Below, piece by piece: positions 27,478 through 38,382 of a stretch of 64,000 nucleotides of DNA. Origin of the DNA: Thermoprotei archaeon (lineage in GTDB: Archaea; Thermoproteota; Thermoprotei; Thermoproteales; B15-G16); the NCBI GenBank assembly GCA_003649205.1, contig QMRC01000003.1:1-64000 (forward strand). Reading direction: 5' to 3'. Position 1 is the stretch's first letter; each line of letters begins with the position of its first letter. A model generated the notes under the pieces. That model searched no databases, was not told the DNA's origin, and was given only the letters and a program-made list of their open reading frames with translations. A program made the translations under genes and the position numbers.

Positions 27478-29453
27478 TGCCTATTCTCATCTCTCGACCA
27501 GAGGACATGTACTGGATCACGTTAGTTGTCCCTAGAGACTTCCGTGATGTACTGATGGAGTACGTGCATAGAAGTGGTGTTCTCCATCTAGCTGAGGTAA
27601 AGGAGGAGGTACCTGCTGAGGCTCGTAAGGAGATTGAGAATGAGATAACTAGGTTTAGTAAGCTCTTAGAGAAATTGAATTCTGTAATTGCTCTTTTTCG
27701 TGAGGAGAAAGTAATTGAGATTCGTTTCGTGTACAGTATTGATGAGGAGCTTAAGAGACTTCTACCTAAGATTGAGAAGGTAGTTTCTGAAATTGAGGAA
27801 ATTGACTCCAGACTGAGGAATTTAGCTAGAGAGTTGGATGAGTTACGTAGTACGTATGAGGTTGTTTACGCTCTTCGTGAGTTAAATGCTAAGTTACGTG
27901 ATCTAGATATCGTTACCAAGTATGTGTACTGCGTTGTAGTGTGTGTACCTAAGTCAGCTTTTGAGGGATTCACTACTTCACTAGCTAAGTACCTTCGTGA
28001 AAGTGTTATCGTACATGTTGGGTCCTATGGTGAGAAAGTATTTGCTGTGATTGCAGGTAGTAGGGAGGATTACGATAAGTTGCTGAAGTTAATTGAGGAG
28101 TTAGGTGGTAAGCTTGTTAAGTTACCGAAACTTGAACTCAGCATTTCTGAGTACTTCAATGTGTTAAGTACAAGGATTAAGGAACTTCAAGAACTTGAAA
28201 TCAAGCTCAGAAATGAAATATCGTCAGTCGTCGAGAATAATATTGAGGACCTAGTTAAGGTCAGAGAACTACTGTTGATTAAGATTGAGAGATTGAGAGC
28301 TATTCTTCAGCTAGCTACAACACAGTACCTAAACTACGTTAGGGGTTGGGTACCAGTATCGGAGTTCAGTAACTTCACAAGATTTCTCGAAGAATCGAAG
28401 ATTCCCTACTACATAAGTTATGAAGTTGCTAAGGATGCACCAACAAAGATGAGAAATCCTAGAGCAGTAAAGCCCTTTGAACTCTTAACTAAGCTCTACG
28501 GCGTACCGAGGTATGGAGATTGGGATCCTACACCTGTACTAGCATACTCATTCACGGTATTCTACGGACTGATGCTATGTGACGTCGTTTATGGTGCTGG
28601 GTTACTTATTGCAGCACTCTTCGTACTCGATAAACTGGTTGAAAATCCAGAGAGTGAAGGGTTTAAGCTCTTTAAGAGGATGTTGATGATAGCAGCGATA
28701 TCAGCTATGGTATTTGGCGTGCTCTCAGGTACGTACTTAGGAGATCCGAGTGTCATAATTGGTCATGAGGTGAACTTAGCCATAGTGAAGCAGATGACAG
28801 ACCCAGGATTCTTAATAGCGCTCTCACTACTTATCGGTTTACTTCACGTCGATCTAGCTCATGCACTAGCCATGAGAAGAGCTATGATTATGAAGAATTG
28901 GGGATTAGCAATAAACAAGATGGCACTATTTCTCCTTCAGCTATTCGGCATACCATACGTCATCACTAAACTTCTGAAGATCAATCTCCCACTACCCGTC
29001 GAACCATCTAACCTAGTAACCGGTATATACCTCGCTCTCGGACTACTCATACTAAGTCACATAATCACGAACAAGGGTATGGGTGTCATATCGTGGGTAT
29101 TCGACCTAACAGGTCTACTAGGTGATGTACTTTCATACTGTAGAATTGCTGGATTAGCACTTTCAACGTACTATCTAGCTAGGAGCATGAACATAATAGG
29201 TAGCTTACTAGCCAATGCCATAGCGGCATCAGTACCTGTCGTAGGTCTTGGTCTTGGTATAATTGTAGCTACTGCACTACTAATACCTGTTCACATACTA
29301 TTCCTAGCACTCAGCGCTATAGGTTGCTTTGCCCACTCACTTAGACTGTGCTTCGTCGAATTCTTGACCAAGTTCTACGAAGGTGGAGGAATAGAATACA
29401 CGCCACTGAAGATCACAACAGTCAAAAGAATACACTTAAAACCTAGTCAGTGA
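27477..29453 (+). CDS. atpI: A-type ATP synthase subunit I (a)
   Basis: PTKMRNP, YGVPRY..DPT, LSYCRI, HSLRLCFVEF. Confidence 0.93.
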   Translation: MPILISRPEDMYWITLVVPRDFRDVLMEYVHRSGVLHLAEVKEEVPAEARKEIENEITRFSKLLEKLNSVIALFREEKVIEIRFVYSIDEELKRLLPKIEKVVSEIEEIDSRLRNLARELDELRSTYEVVYALRELNAKLRDLDIVTKYVYCVVVCVPKSAFEGFTTSLAKYLRESVIVHVGSYGEKVFAVIAGSREDYDKLLKLIEELGGKLVKLPKLELSISEYFNVLSTRIKELQELEIKLRNEISSVVENNIEDLVKVRELLLIKIERLRAILQLATTQYLNYVRGWVPVSEFSNFTRFLEESKIPYYISYEVAKDAPTKMRNPRAVKPFELLTKLYGVPRYGDWDPTPVLAYSFTVFYGLMLCDVVYGAGLLIAALFVLDKLVENPESEGFKLFKRMLMIAAISAMVFGVLSGTYLGDPSVIIGHEVNLAIVKQMTDPGFLIALSLLIGLLHVDLAHALAMRRAMIMKNWGLAINKMALFLLQLFGIPYVITKLLKINLPLPVEPSNLVTGIYLALGLLILSHIITNKGMGVISWVFDLTGLLGDVLSYCRIAGLALSTYYLARSMNIIGSLLANAIAASVPVVGLGLGIIVATALLIPVHILFLALSAIGCFAHSLRLCFVEFLTKFYEGGGIEYTPLKITTVKRIHLKPSQ

Positions 29454-29471
29454 AACCTACTTGGGACCTCT

Positions 29472-29939
29472 ATGGAAGCCACCACATTAGCACTCCTATT
29501 AACCGCTCTCACAGCTAGTTCTGTACTAGCTATGGGTTCAATAGGTTCAGCTATTGGCGTCGCTATTGCTGTATTCGCTGGATTAGCAGTGATTACAGAA
29601 GATAGGAGACAAGCAAGAAACGTTATAGTGCTAACTTCACTACCTATGACACAGTGCTTCTATAGCTTCATAATATACTTCACCATACTCAGTAAGGTTA
29701 AGGCAGCTACGATAACACTGGGTACTGCATCTATGGTAGCTGCATTAGGTGCAGGGTGTGGTATCGTTGAACTGATCTCAGCTATATACCAAGGTAAGGC
29801 AGCTGCTAATGCAATATCATCTCTACCTAGAGCTGGTACCATGCCACCTGAGTACCTCATGCTGATCGTGTACATTGAGCTATTCGCAATACTTGCTATG
29901 GTATTCACGCTGCTCGGATTCACATTGATTGGGTGGTAG
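29472..29939 (+). CDS. atpK: A-type ATP synthase subunit K (c), duplicated 4-TM form
   Basis: LPMTQCFY, SAIYQG, IELFAIL. Confidence 0.9.
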   Translation: MEATTLALLLTALTASSVLAMGSIGSAIGVAIAVFAGLAVITEDRRQARNVIVLTSLPMTQCFYSFIIYFTILSKVKAATITLGTASMVAALGAGCGIVELISAIYQGKAAANAISSLPRAGTMPPEYLMLIVYIELFAILAMVFTLLGFTLIGW

Positions 29940-30548
29940 GTGAACTTCGTGAGTACAGGTATTGATAAGGTAATATCAGCTGTACTGGAGAAAGCTAAGA
30001 AGGAAGCTAAGAAGATTATTGAGAGAGCTGAGGAGGAAGCTAAGAAGATTATTGAGGAGGCCGAACGTAGGCGTAGTGAAAGGATTAAGGAGGAGAAAGA
30101 GAGGGTGATTAAGGAGTACAGAGCTGAAGCTAGTAGGAAGATTGCTGAAGCTAGGAGAGAATCGTACTTGAAGATTACTAGTGAGAAGGTGAAGATACTC
30201 GATGAGTTGATGAGAGAGGTTGAAAGTTGTCTTCGAGAGAGGAGAGGTTTTAATGTTGAGAACTCACTGAGGAACCTAATACTTGAATCCATTAAGGAGG
30301 TTGGTGAGGGTACAGGTGTTAGAATTTACGTTAGTAAAAGGGATCTAGAGGTTGTAGAGCGGTTGAGAAGTAATTTAGAGGTTGGTAAGTTCATTGCTGA
30401 GGTCATACCTAGAGATGATATTGATGGTGGTGTAGTTGTTGAGACTCTAGATGGTAAGGTCAAGATAGTTAATACTTATGATGCTAGGTTGAAGCAGGTT
30501 AGAAGTAAATTGCTTCCTCATATAGCTAAGTTGCTCTTTCAGGGATAA
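29940..30548 (+). CDS. atpE: A-type ATP synthase subunit E
   Basis: N-terminal helix; DIDGGVVVET.DG...NTYDARL. Confidence 0.9.
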   Translation: MNFVSTGIDKVISAVLEKAKKEAKKIIERAEEEAKKIIEEAERRRSERIKEEKERVIKEYRAEASRKIAEARRESYLKITSEKVKILDELMREVESCLRERRGFNVENSLRNLILESIKEVGEGTGVRIYVSKRDLEVVERLRSNLEVGKFIAEVIPRDDIDGGVVVETLDGKVKIVNTYDARLKQVRSKLLPHIAKLLFQG

Positions 30549-30553
30549 AGCCC

Positions 30554-31618
30554 ATGGTGTTTCAGTGCTACGGTAAACCAAGTTCTGTGTATGCTATAGT
30601 CAATACACTAATGTATCGATGTAGGTTAGGTAGGTCCGATATTGTACCAGCAACAGCAGCTTCTCAATGTGTACTCAGTAAGTTGTGTGATGTTAAGGCG
30701 CTACATAGGTTGATTGGTAGGTTGAGTAGTGTTGAAGAGTTGATACCCGTTATTAAGGGTACTGAAATCGGTAAGGTGGTTCTCAGCCATATAGAGAGAT
30801 CTAACTTTGGTGAGATCTCTAAGGCTTTGTGGTCCCACCTAGTTTCCACAATACACTACCTTATGAGTCGTATTCCTAAGAAGTGGAGATCTAGGATCTA
30901 TACCTACCTTAGGAGGTATGACCTACATAACATAGTCATCTCCTTAACCTCACTAGTTACTGGTGCTAGGATTAGAGTTGAAGATCTTGTTCCTCTTGGT
31001 GTTATTGAGAGTAGGGGGTTGCTAGCTAAGTTGTGTGAAGTAGCTAGTGTTAATGATTTAGTTGAGTTACTTCGTGAATGTGGCTTAGGTAGGTATGGTG
31101 ATCTAATTGAGGAGTTGGCCCCAGAGGTTAAGGATATTAGCTACATACTACCTATTGAGTCTAGACTTTATTGGCAGTATGTCTGTGATTTGAGGGATTG
31201 CGGCGATCCAGTACTTGAGTTTCTCTCTGGTGTTGAGTATGATCTGAAGCTCATGTTGAATGTACTTAGGTGCAAGGTTATGGGTGTTGAGGAGCACATA
31301 CTATCGAGAGCTATCCCTAGGTCTGGTTACTTGCTTAGTGATCGTGAGGTTAGTAAGCTCATTAGTATTGCTGTTAGTGATTTTGCTAGAGTACTTCGTG
31401 AAACGGTGTACAGCGAGTTGTCTAGGGCTAGAGTCCGTGAGGTTACTGATTTTGAACGTTGTGTTGAGGAATACTTCCTGGGTATTGTTGAGTATGTAGC
31501 TAAGAGACCACAGTTCACGATTTCTGATGTTGTATCTGTAATGATGCTTAAGGAGATGGAGGTTAAGGTGTTGAGAACTTTGATTTCAAGTCTCCTACTT
31601 TCTCCGAGAAGGAGGTGA
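30554..31618 (+). CDS. atpC: A-type ATP synthase subunit C
   Basis: Operon position; YLRRYDLHNI and KEMEVKVLR motifs. Confidence 0.8.
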   Translation: MVFQCYGKPSSVYAIVNTLMYRCRLGRSDIVPATAASQCVLSKLCDVKALHRLIGRLSSVEELIPVIKGTEIGKVVLSHIERSNFGEISKALWSHLVSTIHYLMSRIPKKWRSRIYTYLRRYDLHNIVISLTSLVTGARIRVEDLVPLGVIESRGLLAKLCEVASVNDLVELLRECGLGRYGDLIEELAPEVKDISYILPIESRLYWQYVCDLRDCGDPVLEFLSGVEYDLKLMLNVLRCKVMGVEEHILSRAIPRSGYLLSDREVSKLISIAVSDFARVLRETVYSELSRARVREVTDFERCVEEYFLGIVEYVAKRPQFTISDVVSVMMLKEMEVKVLRTLISSLLLSPRRR

Positions 31619-31624
31619 TGTTTA

Positions 31625-31963
31625 GTGAGGGCTATTGCTCGTGAGGTCAAGCTATGTGTTATCGGTGGTAAAGCTCTGGTCTCTGTCATGAGGTTTGCGG
31701 GCGCTGAATTGTATTACGAGGTCTATGATGTAGCTAGTGCTAGGAAGGCTCTTGAAGAGATTCTTGAGAGGGATGATGTTGGTGTTGTAGTTGTTGAGGA
31801 GAGGTATAGGGGTGCTGTTGCTGATCTGCTTGAGAGGGTACGGGGTAAGCTCACACCCATTGTTGTTTTCTTACCTGGGATAACCGAGGTTGCTGGCTAT
31901 GATGCACGTAAAGTGTATAAGGATTTACATAGGAGAACTATAGGCTTCGAAGTTGAGATTTAG
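31625..31963 (+). CDS. atpF: A-type ATP synthase subunit F
   Basis: VIGG...FAG, DVGVVVV, RRTIGFE. Confidence 0.85.
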   Translation: MRAIAREVKLCVIGGKALVSVMRFAGAELYYEVYDVASARKALEEILERDDVGVVVVEERYRGAVADLLERVRGKLTPIVVFLPGITEVAGYDARKVYKDLHRRTIGFEVEI

Positions 31964-31975
31964 AGGTGTATCAAT

Positions 31976-33757
31976 GTGGTAGTTGGTCGAATATATAGGA
32001 TCTCAGGACCTCTAGTGATTGCTGAAGGTATGAGGGGTGTTCAGGTTTACGAAGTTGTTGAGGTTGGTGAGGATAGGTTAATTGGTGAGGTAATTGGTCT
32101 TGATGGTGATAGAGCAATAATTCAGGTATATGAAGATACTTCAGGTCTAAGTGTTGGTGATAAGGTAGTTGGTACAGGTAGACCTCTTTGTGCTGAATTA
32201 GGTCCAGGAATCATTGGCACGGTCTACGATGGATTACAGAGACCGTTATCGGTATTAACTGAAAAAGTGGGTCCTTTCGTTAGAAGAGGAGTTAAGGAGT
32301 ACTCTCTCCCTAGGGACAAGAAGTGGCACTTTAAACCACTTGTGAAGGTTGGTGATAAGGTAGGTGAAGGAGATATCATCGGTATTGTTCAAGAGACTCC
32401 ACTTGTTGAGCACAAGATAATGGTTCCACCAGGTATCTACGGTGTTGTTAAGGAGGTTGTTCCTGAAGGTGATTACACAATTGAGGAACCTGTAGCTATT
32501 GTAGAGCGTGGTAGTGAGAAGTATGAGGTCAAGATGTACCAGCTGTGGCCTATAAGGAAGCCGAGACCCTATGTACAGAGACTTGATCCAGATGAGCCGT
32601 TGATAACAGGAGTCAGGGTTATAGATATGTTATTTCCATTAGCTAAGGGTGGTACGGCAGCTGTACCTGGGGGTTTCGGTACAGGTAAGACAGTTCTACT
32701 ACAGACCTTCGCTAAGTGGGCTGATGCACAGATCCACATATATGTTGGTTGTGGTGAGAGAGGCAATGAGATGGCCGATGCACTTCACAGCTTTCTCAGG
32801 TTAAGAGATCCAAGATCCGGAAGACCTCTTAGAGAGAAGGCAATCTTCATAGCAAATACATCGAATATGCCTGTAGCAGCTAGAGAGACCAGTGTATTCC
32901 TAGGTGTTACAATTGCTGAGTACTTCAGGGACATGGGTTACAATGTGCTTCTAGTTGCTGACTCAACATCTAGATGGGCGGAGGCAATGAGGGAGATTAG
33001 TGGTAGGTTAGAGGAGATGCCTGGTGAAGAGGGATTCCCTGCTTACCTAGGGTCTAGGCTAGCTTCGTTCTACGAGAGAGCAGGTAAGGTAGTGTGTCTG
33101 GGTAATCCGAGGAGAATAGGTTCAGTAACGATAGCTGGTGCAGTGTCGCCACCAGGTGCGGACTTCAGTGAGCCGGTTACACAAAACACACTCAGAATCG
33201 TTAGATGTCTCTTTGCTCTCGATGTAGCTCTAGCAAATAGGAGGCACTTCCCAGCAATCAACTGGTTAATCAGCTATAGTCTGTACGTTGATACTGTTGA
33301 GAGGTGGTGGGGTGAGAGAGTTGGTAAGGATTGGAGGTACTTGAGAGATAAGGCTATGGAGTTGCTTCAGAGGGAAGCTGAATTACAGGAAATTGTTAGG
33401 TTAGTCGGTCCTGAGGTACTTCCTGAGAGGGATAAGTTAGTTCTTGAAGTTGCTAGGATGATTAGAGAGGATTTCTTGATGCAGGACGCATTTGATCCAG
33501 TTGACTGTTACTCAGCTCCTGAGAAGACGTACTCTATGTTGAGGATAATCATTAAGTTCTATGAACATGGTGTGAAAGCTGTTGATTCCGGTATTCCTGT
33601 TGCTGAGATTAGGAAGTTACCCATTAGGACGACTATAGCTAGGTTGAAGTTCATGAGGAATGAAGAGGTTGTTGAGAAGGTTAAGGAGTACGAGAAGGAG
33701 CTTGAGAGAGAGTTCATGGAGTTAGGTAGTAAGTTTGGTGCAGGAGGTGTTGGGTAG
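31976..33757 (+). CDS. atpA: A-type ATP synthase subunit A
   Basis: [42 protein letters not shown]; no intein. Confidence 0.97.
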   Translation: MVVGRIYRISGPLVIAEGMRGVQVYEVVEVGEDRLIGEVIGLDGDRAIIQVYEDTSGLSVGDKVVGTGRPLCAELGPGIIGTVYDGLQRPLSVLTEKVGPFVRRGVKEYSLPRDKKWHFKPLVKVGDKVGEGDIIGIVQETPLVEHKIMVPPGIYGVVKEVVPEGDYTIEEPVAIVERGSEKYEVKMYQLWPIRKPRPYVQRLDPDEPLITGVRVIDMLFPLAKGGTAAVPGGFGTGKTVLLQTFAKWADAQIHIYVGCGERGNEMADALHSFLRLRDPRSGRPLREKAIFIANTSNMPVAARETSVFLGVTIAEYFRDMGYNVLLVADSTSRWAEAMREISGRLEEMPGEEGFPAYLGSRLASFYERAGKVVCLGNPRRIGSVTIAGAVSPPGADFSEPVTQNTLRIVRCLFALDVALANRRHFPAINWLISYSLYVDTVERWWGERVGKDWRYLRDKAMELLQREAELQEIVRLVGPEVLPERDKLVLEVARMIREDFLMQDAFDPVDCYSAPEKTYSMLRIIIKFYEHGVKAVDSGIPVAEIRKLPIRTTIARLKFMRNEEVVEKVKEYEKELEREFMELGSKFGAGGVG

Positions 33758-33758
33758 T

Positions 33759-35210
33759 ATGAGTACTATGGAGGTACCTAAGGTACCTCTGTGCTATAGG
33801 GAAACCTCATCTCTAAGAGCTACAAAAGGTTCTCTACTCCTTGTTGAGACTGTTCCAGGTGTTAAGTACGGCGAGATAGTTGAGGTTGAGCTAGGTAGTG
33901 GTGAAGTTAGGTACGGTCAAGTAATTGATGTTAGTAAGGACGTCACTGTGATTCAGGTATTCGGTGGTGTAAGTGAAGTCGATATGGTGAAGTGCCGTGT
34001 AAGGTTTAGAGGAGAAACCCTTAAGCTACCTGTATCACTAGATATGTTGGGTAGAATCTTCGACGGTCTCGGTAGACCAATAGATGGCGGACCACCGATA
34101 GTACCTGAAGAGTACCTAGATATCAACGGTGCACCAATTAATCCAGCAGCGAGAATGCCTCCTTCTGAATTCATTGAGACAGGTATATCAGCTATAGATG
34201 GTCTTAACTCACTTGTTAGAGGTCAGAAGTTACCAATATTCTCAGGTTCAGGACTACCACACAATAGGATAGCCGCACAGATAGTGAGACAAGCAACTGT
34301 AAGAGGTAAGGAGGAGAAGTTCGCCGTAGTCTTCGCAGCTATAGGTGTTACGTATGACGATGCAGCATTCTTCATAAGGAACTTCAAAGAGGCAGGTATC
34401 CTAGATAGGACAATAGTCTTCATAAATACAGCAGCGGATCCTGTCATTCAGAGAATAGCAACTCCAAGAGCAGCTTTAACAGCAGCTGAGTACCTAGCAT
34501 GGTACCATGATATGCACGTACTAGTGATACTCACAGACATGACAAACTACTGTGAGGCACTGAGAGAGATATCTGCAGCGAGAGAGGAGGTTCCAGGTAG
34601 GAGAGGTTACCCAGGTTACATGTATACAGACCTAGCTACCATATACGAGAGAGCAGGTAGGATATGGGGTAAGAAAGGCTCAATAACGATAATGCCAATA
34701 CTGACGATGCCAGATGACGATATAACACACCCAATACCTGACCTCACTGGTTACATAACTGAAGGACAGATAGTGCTGTCTAGAGACCTACAGAGAAAGG
34801 GGATCTACCCACCAGTTGATGTGTTCCTATCACTCTCGAGACTAATGAAGGAAGGGATTGGTGAAGGAAAGACACGAGAAGATCACCCATACGTATTTAG
34901 ACAGCTCTACGCAGCATACGCTGAAGGCTGTCACCTGAGAGAGATAGCATCTATTGTTGGCATGGAAGCACTAAGTCCAAGAGATAAGAAGTACCTAGAG
35001 TTTGCTGACGTATTTGAGAGGAAGTTCATCAACCAGGGAGAGTATGAGAGGAGATCCATTGAGGATACTCTAGATCTAGCTTGGGACCTACTAGCTATGT
35101 TACCGGAAGAGGAGCTCAAACTGATTAGACCTGAGCTAATAGAGAGGTACCATCCAAAATATAGGAGAGGTCGAGAAGCTGGCTCACACACTTCGTCTAC
35201 TCAGGGTTAG
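33759..35210 (+). CDS. atpB: A-type ATP synthase subunit B
   Basis: [47 protein letters not shown]. Confidence 0.97.
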   Translation: MSTMEVPKVPLCYRETSSLRATKGSLLLVETVPGVKYGEIVEVELGSGEVRYGQVIDVSKDVTVIQVFGGVSEVDMVKCRVRFRGETLKLPVSLDMLGRIFDGLGRPIDGGPPIVPEEYLDINGAPINPAARMPPSEFIETGISAIDGLNSLVRGQKLPIFSGSGLPHNRIAAQIVRQATVRGKEEKFAVVFAAIGVTYDDAAFFIRNFKEAGILDRTIVFINTAADPVIQRIATPRAALTAAEYLAWYHDMHVLVILTDMTNYCEALREISAAREEVPGRRGYPGYMYTDLATIYERAGRIWGKKGSITIMPILTMPDDDITHPIPDLTGYITEGQIVLSRDLQRKGIYPPVDVFLSLSRLMKEGIGEGKTREDHPYVFRQLYAAYAEGCHLREIASIVGMEALSPRDKKYLEFADVFERKFINQGEYERRSIEDTLDLAWDLLAMLPEEELKLIRPELIERYHPKYRRGREAGSHTSSTQG

Positions 35211-35817
35211 ACCAACCAAGATAGAGCTCATTCGTTTGAGAAGGAGATTAGCACTTGCGAGGAAGATACATAGGATACTCAAGGATAGATTATCCCTGCT
35301 AGTTAATGAGTACTTAGTACATGCTAGAGAAGCAATAGAGAAGAGAAGTAGAGTTGTTGAGCTGCTTGCTAAGTCTTATGACAAGGTATCTCTAGCACTA
35401 GGTATGAATGGTTTAGAGGTCTGTGAGAGTATTGCCTCTATACTACCTAAGTACGTGACCATACTGGTTGCTACGAGGAATATCTTAGGACTTTCCGTAC
35501 CGGTTCTCGAATCTAAGGTGAAGCCACCACTGTACCCACTCTACATAACTTCTAGCTACGTAGATGACGCAGTTAGAACATGTAGGGAACTACTCCCTGA
35601 ACTCATTGAGTTAGCAGAGCTTGAGAAGACAATGGAAAGGCTATCTCTAGAAATCATTAAAATGAGGAGAAGAGTCAATGCTCTCGAGTACATTGTTATA
35701 CCACGAATTGAAGCAACAATCAAGTACTTAAGAATGAAGTTCGAGGAGAGGGAGAGAGAGGATAAAGCTAGATTGAAGAGAATTAAGGTTGTTTTAAGTA
35801 GGAGGAGAGGGAGTTAA
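35179..35817 (+). CDS. atpD: A-type ATP synthase subunit D (probable non-canonical CTG start)
   Basis: In-frame [14 protein letters not shown] lies upstream of the ORF-track start; [13 protein letters not shown] motif. Confidence 0.88.
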   Translation: MAHTLRLLRVRPTKIELIRLRRRLALARKIHRILKDRLSLLVNEYLVHAREAIEKRSRVVELLAKSYDKVSLALGMNGLEVCESIASILPKYVTILVATRNILGLSVPVLESKVKPPLYPLYITSSYVDDAVRTCRELLPELIELAELEKTMERLSLEIIKMRRRVNALEYIVIPRIEATIKYLRMKFEEREREDKARLKRIKVVLSRRRGS

Positions 35818-36296
35818 TGTATAGTATAGTGAATGATCGGGATTATAGACTTCTTGAGGAGTATCTTAAGGAGGAGCTTAGAATAGCTAATGCTCATTTA
35901 CCTCAGAGAAGAAAGACATTGAAACAATTACTAGAGGAAGATATTCCTCATGTACTGTGTAGAGATGGTAGAGTGCATGTCTTTAAGAGGAGAGAATTGG
36001 AGTACTTACTCAGTATCGTTGGTGAGGATAGAGCCGATGAGCTTCTCCTCCCAATACTAATAGAAATAGATCCATCCTTCAGTGAGTTAGTTGGTGTCGT
36101 TAAGGGTGTGCTTGAAGTCGAGGTGATATCTAAGGTACTAGGTATTAGACCTGAGAAGGTAGATGCTATGTATTTGTACAGGTCTCAGCTATGTGAGGTT
36201 AGGAAAAAGTTAAGGACAACAACTCAGTACGTATTTTCAACAAAGTACTTACTTGAGGAATTTAGAAGCTTGAAGGAAGAGGGTAAACTTACTTGA
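35817..36296 (+). CDS. DUF61 family protein
   Basis: NAHLP.RRKTL..LL.E..P...RDG..H.F...EL...LPI...LRTTTQ. Confidence 0.8.
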   Translation: MYSIVNDRDYRLLEEYLKEELRIANAHLPQRRKTLKQLLEEDIPHVLCRDGRVHVFKRRELEYLLSIVGEDRADELLLPILIEIDPSFSELVGVVKGVLEVEVISKVLGIRPEKVDAMYLYRSQLCEVRKKLRTTTQYVFSTKYLLEEFRSLKEEGKLT

Positions 36297-37008
36297 GCAC
36301 TACTCTGACGTCAACGATCTTAACTCCTCTACCCTTCTCATATACGAACACTGGATTGAGGTCTAGCTGATGAACGTAATCAGCTAGGTCGCTGAGCATT
36401 TGAGATGCCTTAACCATAGTATCTACGAGCGCATCGAGATCTGCTGGCGGTTCACCTCTATAACCCTTCAGTATGGGTGCACCCTTAATACTCTCAATCA
36501 TTTCCCAAGCTTCTTCTCTAGTTAGTGGCGCTAATCTAAATGTTACATCTCTAAGTATCTCAACGAAGATTCCTCCAAGACCAAACATTATTACTGGACC
36601 AAAGGTTTCGTCAACGATACCACCAATGATGACTTCCCTTCCATATGGAGCCATGTGGTGTACACATATTCCGTGAACTCTAGCACTTGGTGCTTTGACC
36701 TTAACCCGTTCCATGATTTCCGTAAATGACTTCCTAACCTCTTCCTCACTATTTAACCCAACCACAACACCACCAATATCCGACTTATGAGTTATGTCTG
36801 GCGAAACTATCTTAAGCACAACAGGAAAACCCGCTTGTTTAGCATATTCAACAGCTTCATCTGGATTCTTTGCGAGAAATACTCTCGGTACTGGTAACCC
36901 GTACTCAGCAGCTAGCCTCATAGCTTCATAAAATGTCAGTACTTTCCTACCTTCAGATTTTACAGAGTTAATTATCTCAAGAACTTTCTCACTTGGCATA
37001 GGAATCAC
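36289..37008 (-). CDS. ADP-forming acyl-CoA synthetase beta subunit (ATP-grasp)
   Basis: PVVLKIVSPDITHKSDIGGV, FGPVIMFGLGGIFVE, DLNP. Confidence 0.9.
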   Translation of the reverse strand: MIPMPSEKVLEIINSVKSEGRKVLTFYEAMRLAAEYGLPVPRVFLAKNPDEAVEYAKQAGFPVVLKIVSPDITHKSDIGGVVVGLNSEEEVRKSFTEIMERVKVKAPSARVHGICVHHMAPYGREVIIGGIVDETFGPVIMFGLGGIFVEILRDVTFRLAPLTREEAWEMIESIKGAPILKGYRGEPPADLDALVDTMVKASQMLSDLADYVHQLDLNPVFVYEKGRGVKIVDVRVVLK

Positions 37009-37115
37009 CTTAAGTAGTTTTTGTGAGGTGTATCACATGTTACTTATAACACTTTTCCTAAGTCGGTACGTATTAGGTGTGTATAAATTCACTACTGAGA
37101 GGTCCGGGGGTTTCT

Positions 37116-38039
37116 ATGGTCGTTAGGAAACTAGAGGTATTTGGAATACCTCTACCCGAGATCACTCCAGGTACTGATCTAGCTAGAACCATTGTGGAGT
37201 CAGCTAATAGACTCGGTATTGGTATTAGGGATGGTGATGTCATTGTAGTGACATCAAAGGTAGTTTCTAAGGCTATGGGTTTACTAGTGAAGATTAGTGA
37301 TGTTAGACCGAGTACTAAGGCTAGGATCATAGCTAGGATCCTTGGCAAACCAGCATGGGAGGTAGAGCTAATACTTAGGAACTCTAAACGTATCTTAGGT
37401 GCATTCCCTGCACATATGCTACTTAAACATTCAACGATTTTGAACTACATATCCCGTGATAGAGATAGAGCATTAAAAGTTATCGAGAGTGATAGGTACC
37501 TCATGATCGTTGACGTTGGGTATAGGGTAGCTACAGATGCTGGAATAGACACATCAAATGTACCTTCAGGGTACGTTTGCTTACCACCATCAGACCCAGA
37601 TAGAGTTGCTAGAGGGATTAGGGATAGGATAAGGGAGCTGACTGGTTGTGATGTTGCAGTTATTCTGAGTGATACTGAAGGATCAGTTCTTAGAGTTGGT
37701 TCACTAGATATAGCTATTGGTGCCTCAGGTATAGTTCCTGTTACAGCAAAATTCGGTGAGAGCGATAGATTTGGTAAATCTAAGTATGGTGGTGTTGACT
37801 TGATTGCTGATGAGTTGTGTGCTACTGCTGCCCTCTTGATGGGGCAAACTGGTGAGTCCATACCTGTTGTATTGATTCGAGGTTTAAACTATGAGAGGAG
37901 TAATCTGGAGCTAGGTAGGTTCAGGGTTCCGAGAGGTTTGCTCCTTAAAGCACTCATGCTCGGTATCTTGATCAGTGTGGTTATTAGGTTTCTCTTAGCT
38001 ATATTCTCGGTAGTTGATTTGTTGAGAGGTAGGTGGTAA
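37116..38039 (+). CDS. CofE-like (F420:gamma-glutamyl ligase family) protein
   Basis: DGDVIVVTSKVVSKA, AGIDTSN, VAVILSDT, LMGQTGE..PVVLIRG. Confidence 0.8.
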   Translation: MVVRKLEVFGIPLPEITPGTDLARTIVESANRLGIGIRDGDVIVVTSKVVSKAMGLLVKISDVRPSTKARIIARILGKPAWEVELILRNSKRILGAFPAHMLLKHSTILNYISRDRDRALKVIESDRYLMIVDVGYRVATDAGIDTSNVPSGYVCLPPSDPDRVARGIRDRIRELTGCDVAVILSDTEGSVLRVGSLDIAIGASGIVPVTAKFGESDRFGKSKYGGVDLIADELCATAALLMGQTGESIPVVLIRGLNYERSNLELGRFRVPRGLLLKALMLGILISVVIRFLLAIFSVVDLLRGRW

Positions 38040-38040
38040 C

Positions 38041-38322
38041 ATGGTTGTTAGGAGAGCCAGGATCATTGTCAAGGGATTAGTTCAAGGTGTTGGTTTTAGG
38101 TACTTCATCTATAAACATGCTAGAATGCTTGGGTTGAGAGGTTATGTTAGGAATTTACCAAGTGGTAGAGAAGTCGAGATTGTGGTTGAAGGTGATGAGG
38201 CTTCTATTCAGAGGTTAATTGAGGCTGCGAGAAGGGGTTCTCCATTAGCTATTGTTGAGTCTATAGAGGTTGAGTGGGAGGAGGTGAAAGGTGACTTCAA
38301 AACATTTACTATAGTATTCTAG
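38041..38322 (+). CDS. acyP: Acylphosphatase
   Basis: VKGLVQGVGFR, GYVRN. Confidence 0.93.
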   Translation: MVVRRARIIVKGLVQGVGFRYFIYKHARMLGLRGYVRNLPSGREVEIVVEGDEASIQRLIEAARRGSPLAIVESIEVEWEEVKGDFKTFTIVF

Positions 38323-38382
38323 CTTTACTTAGGTTAACTGTGTTATAATTCACCGCGTACCCACTATAGTTGGTGATCTTCT

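Noticed and set aside
29660-30292. 210-aa minus-strand ORF, and similar S/L/I-rich antisense ORFs throughout the window
   Set aside because: Shadow ORFs opposite well-supported genes.
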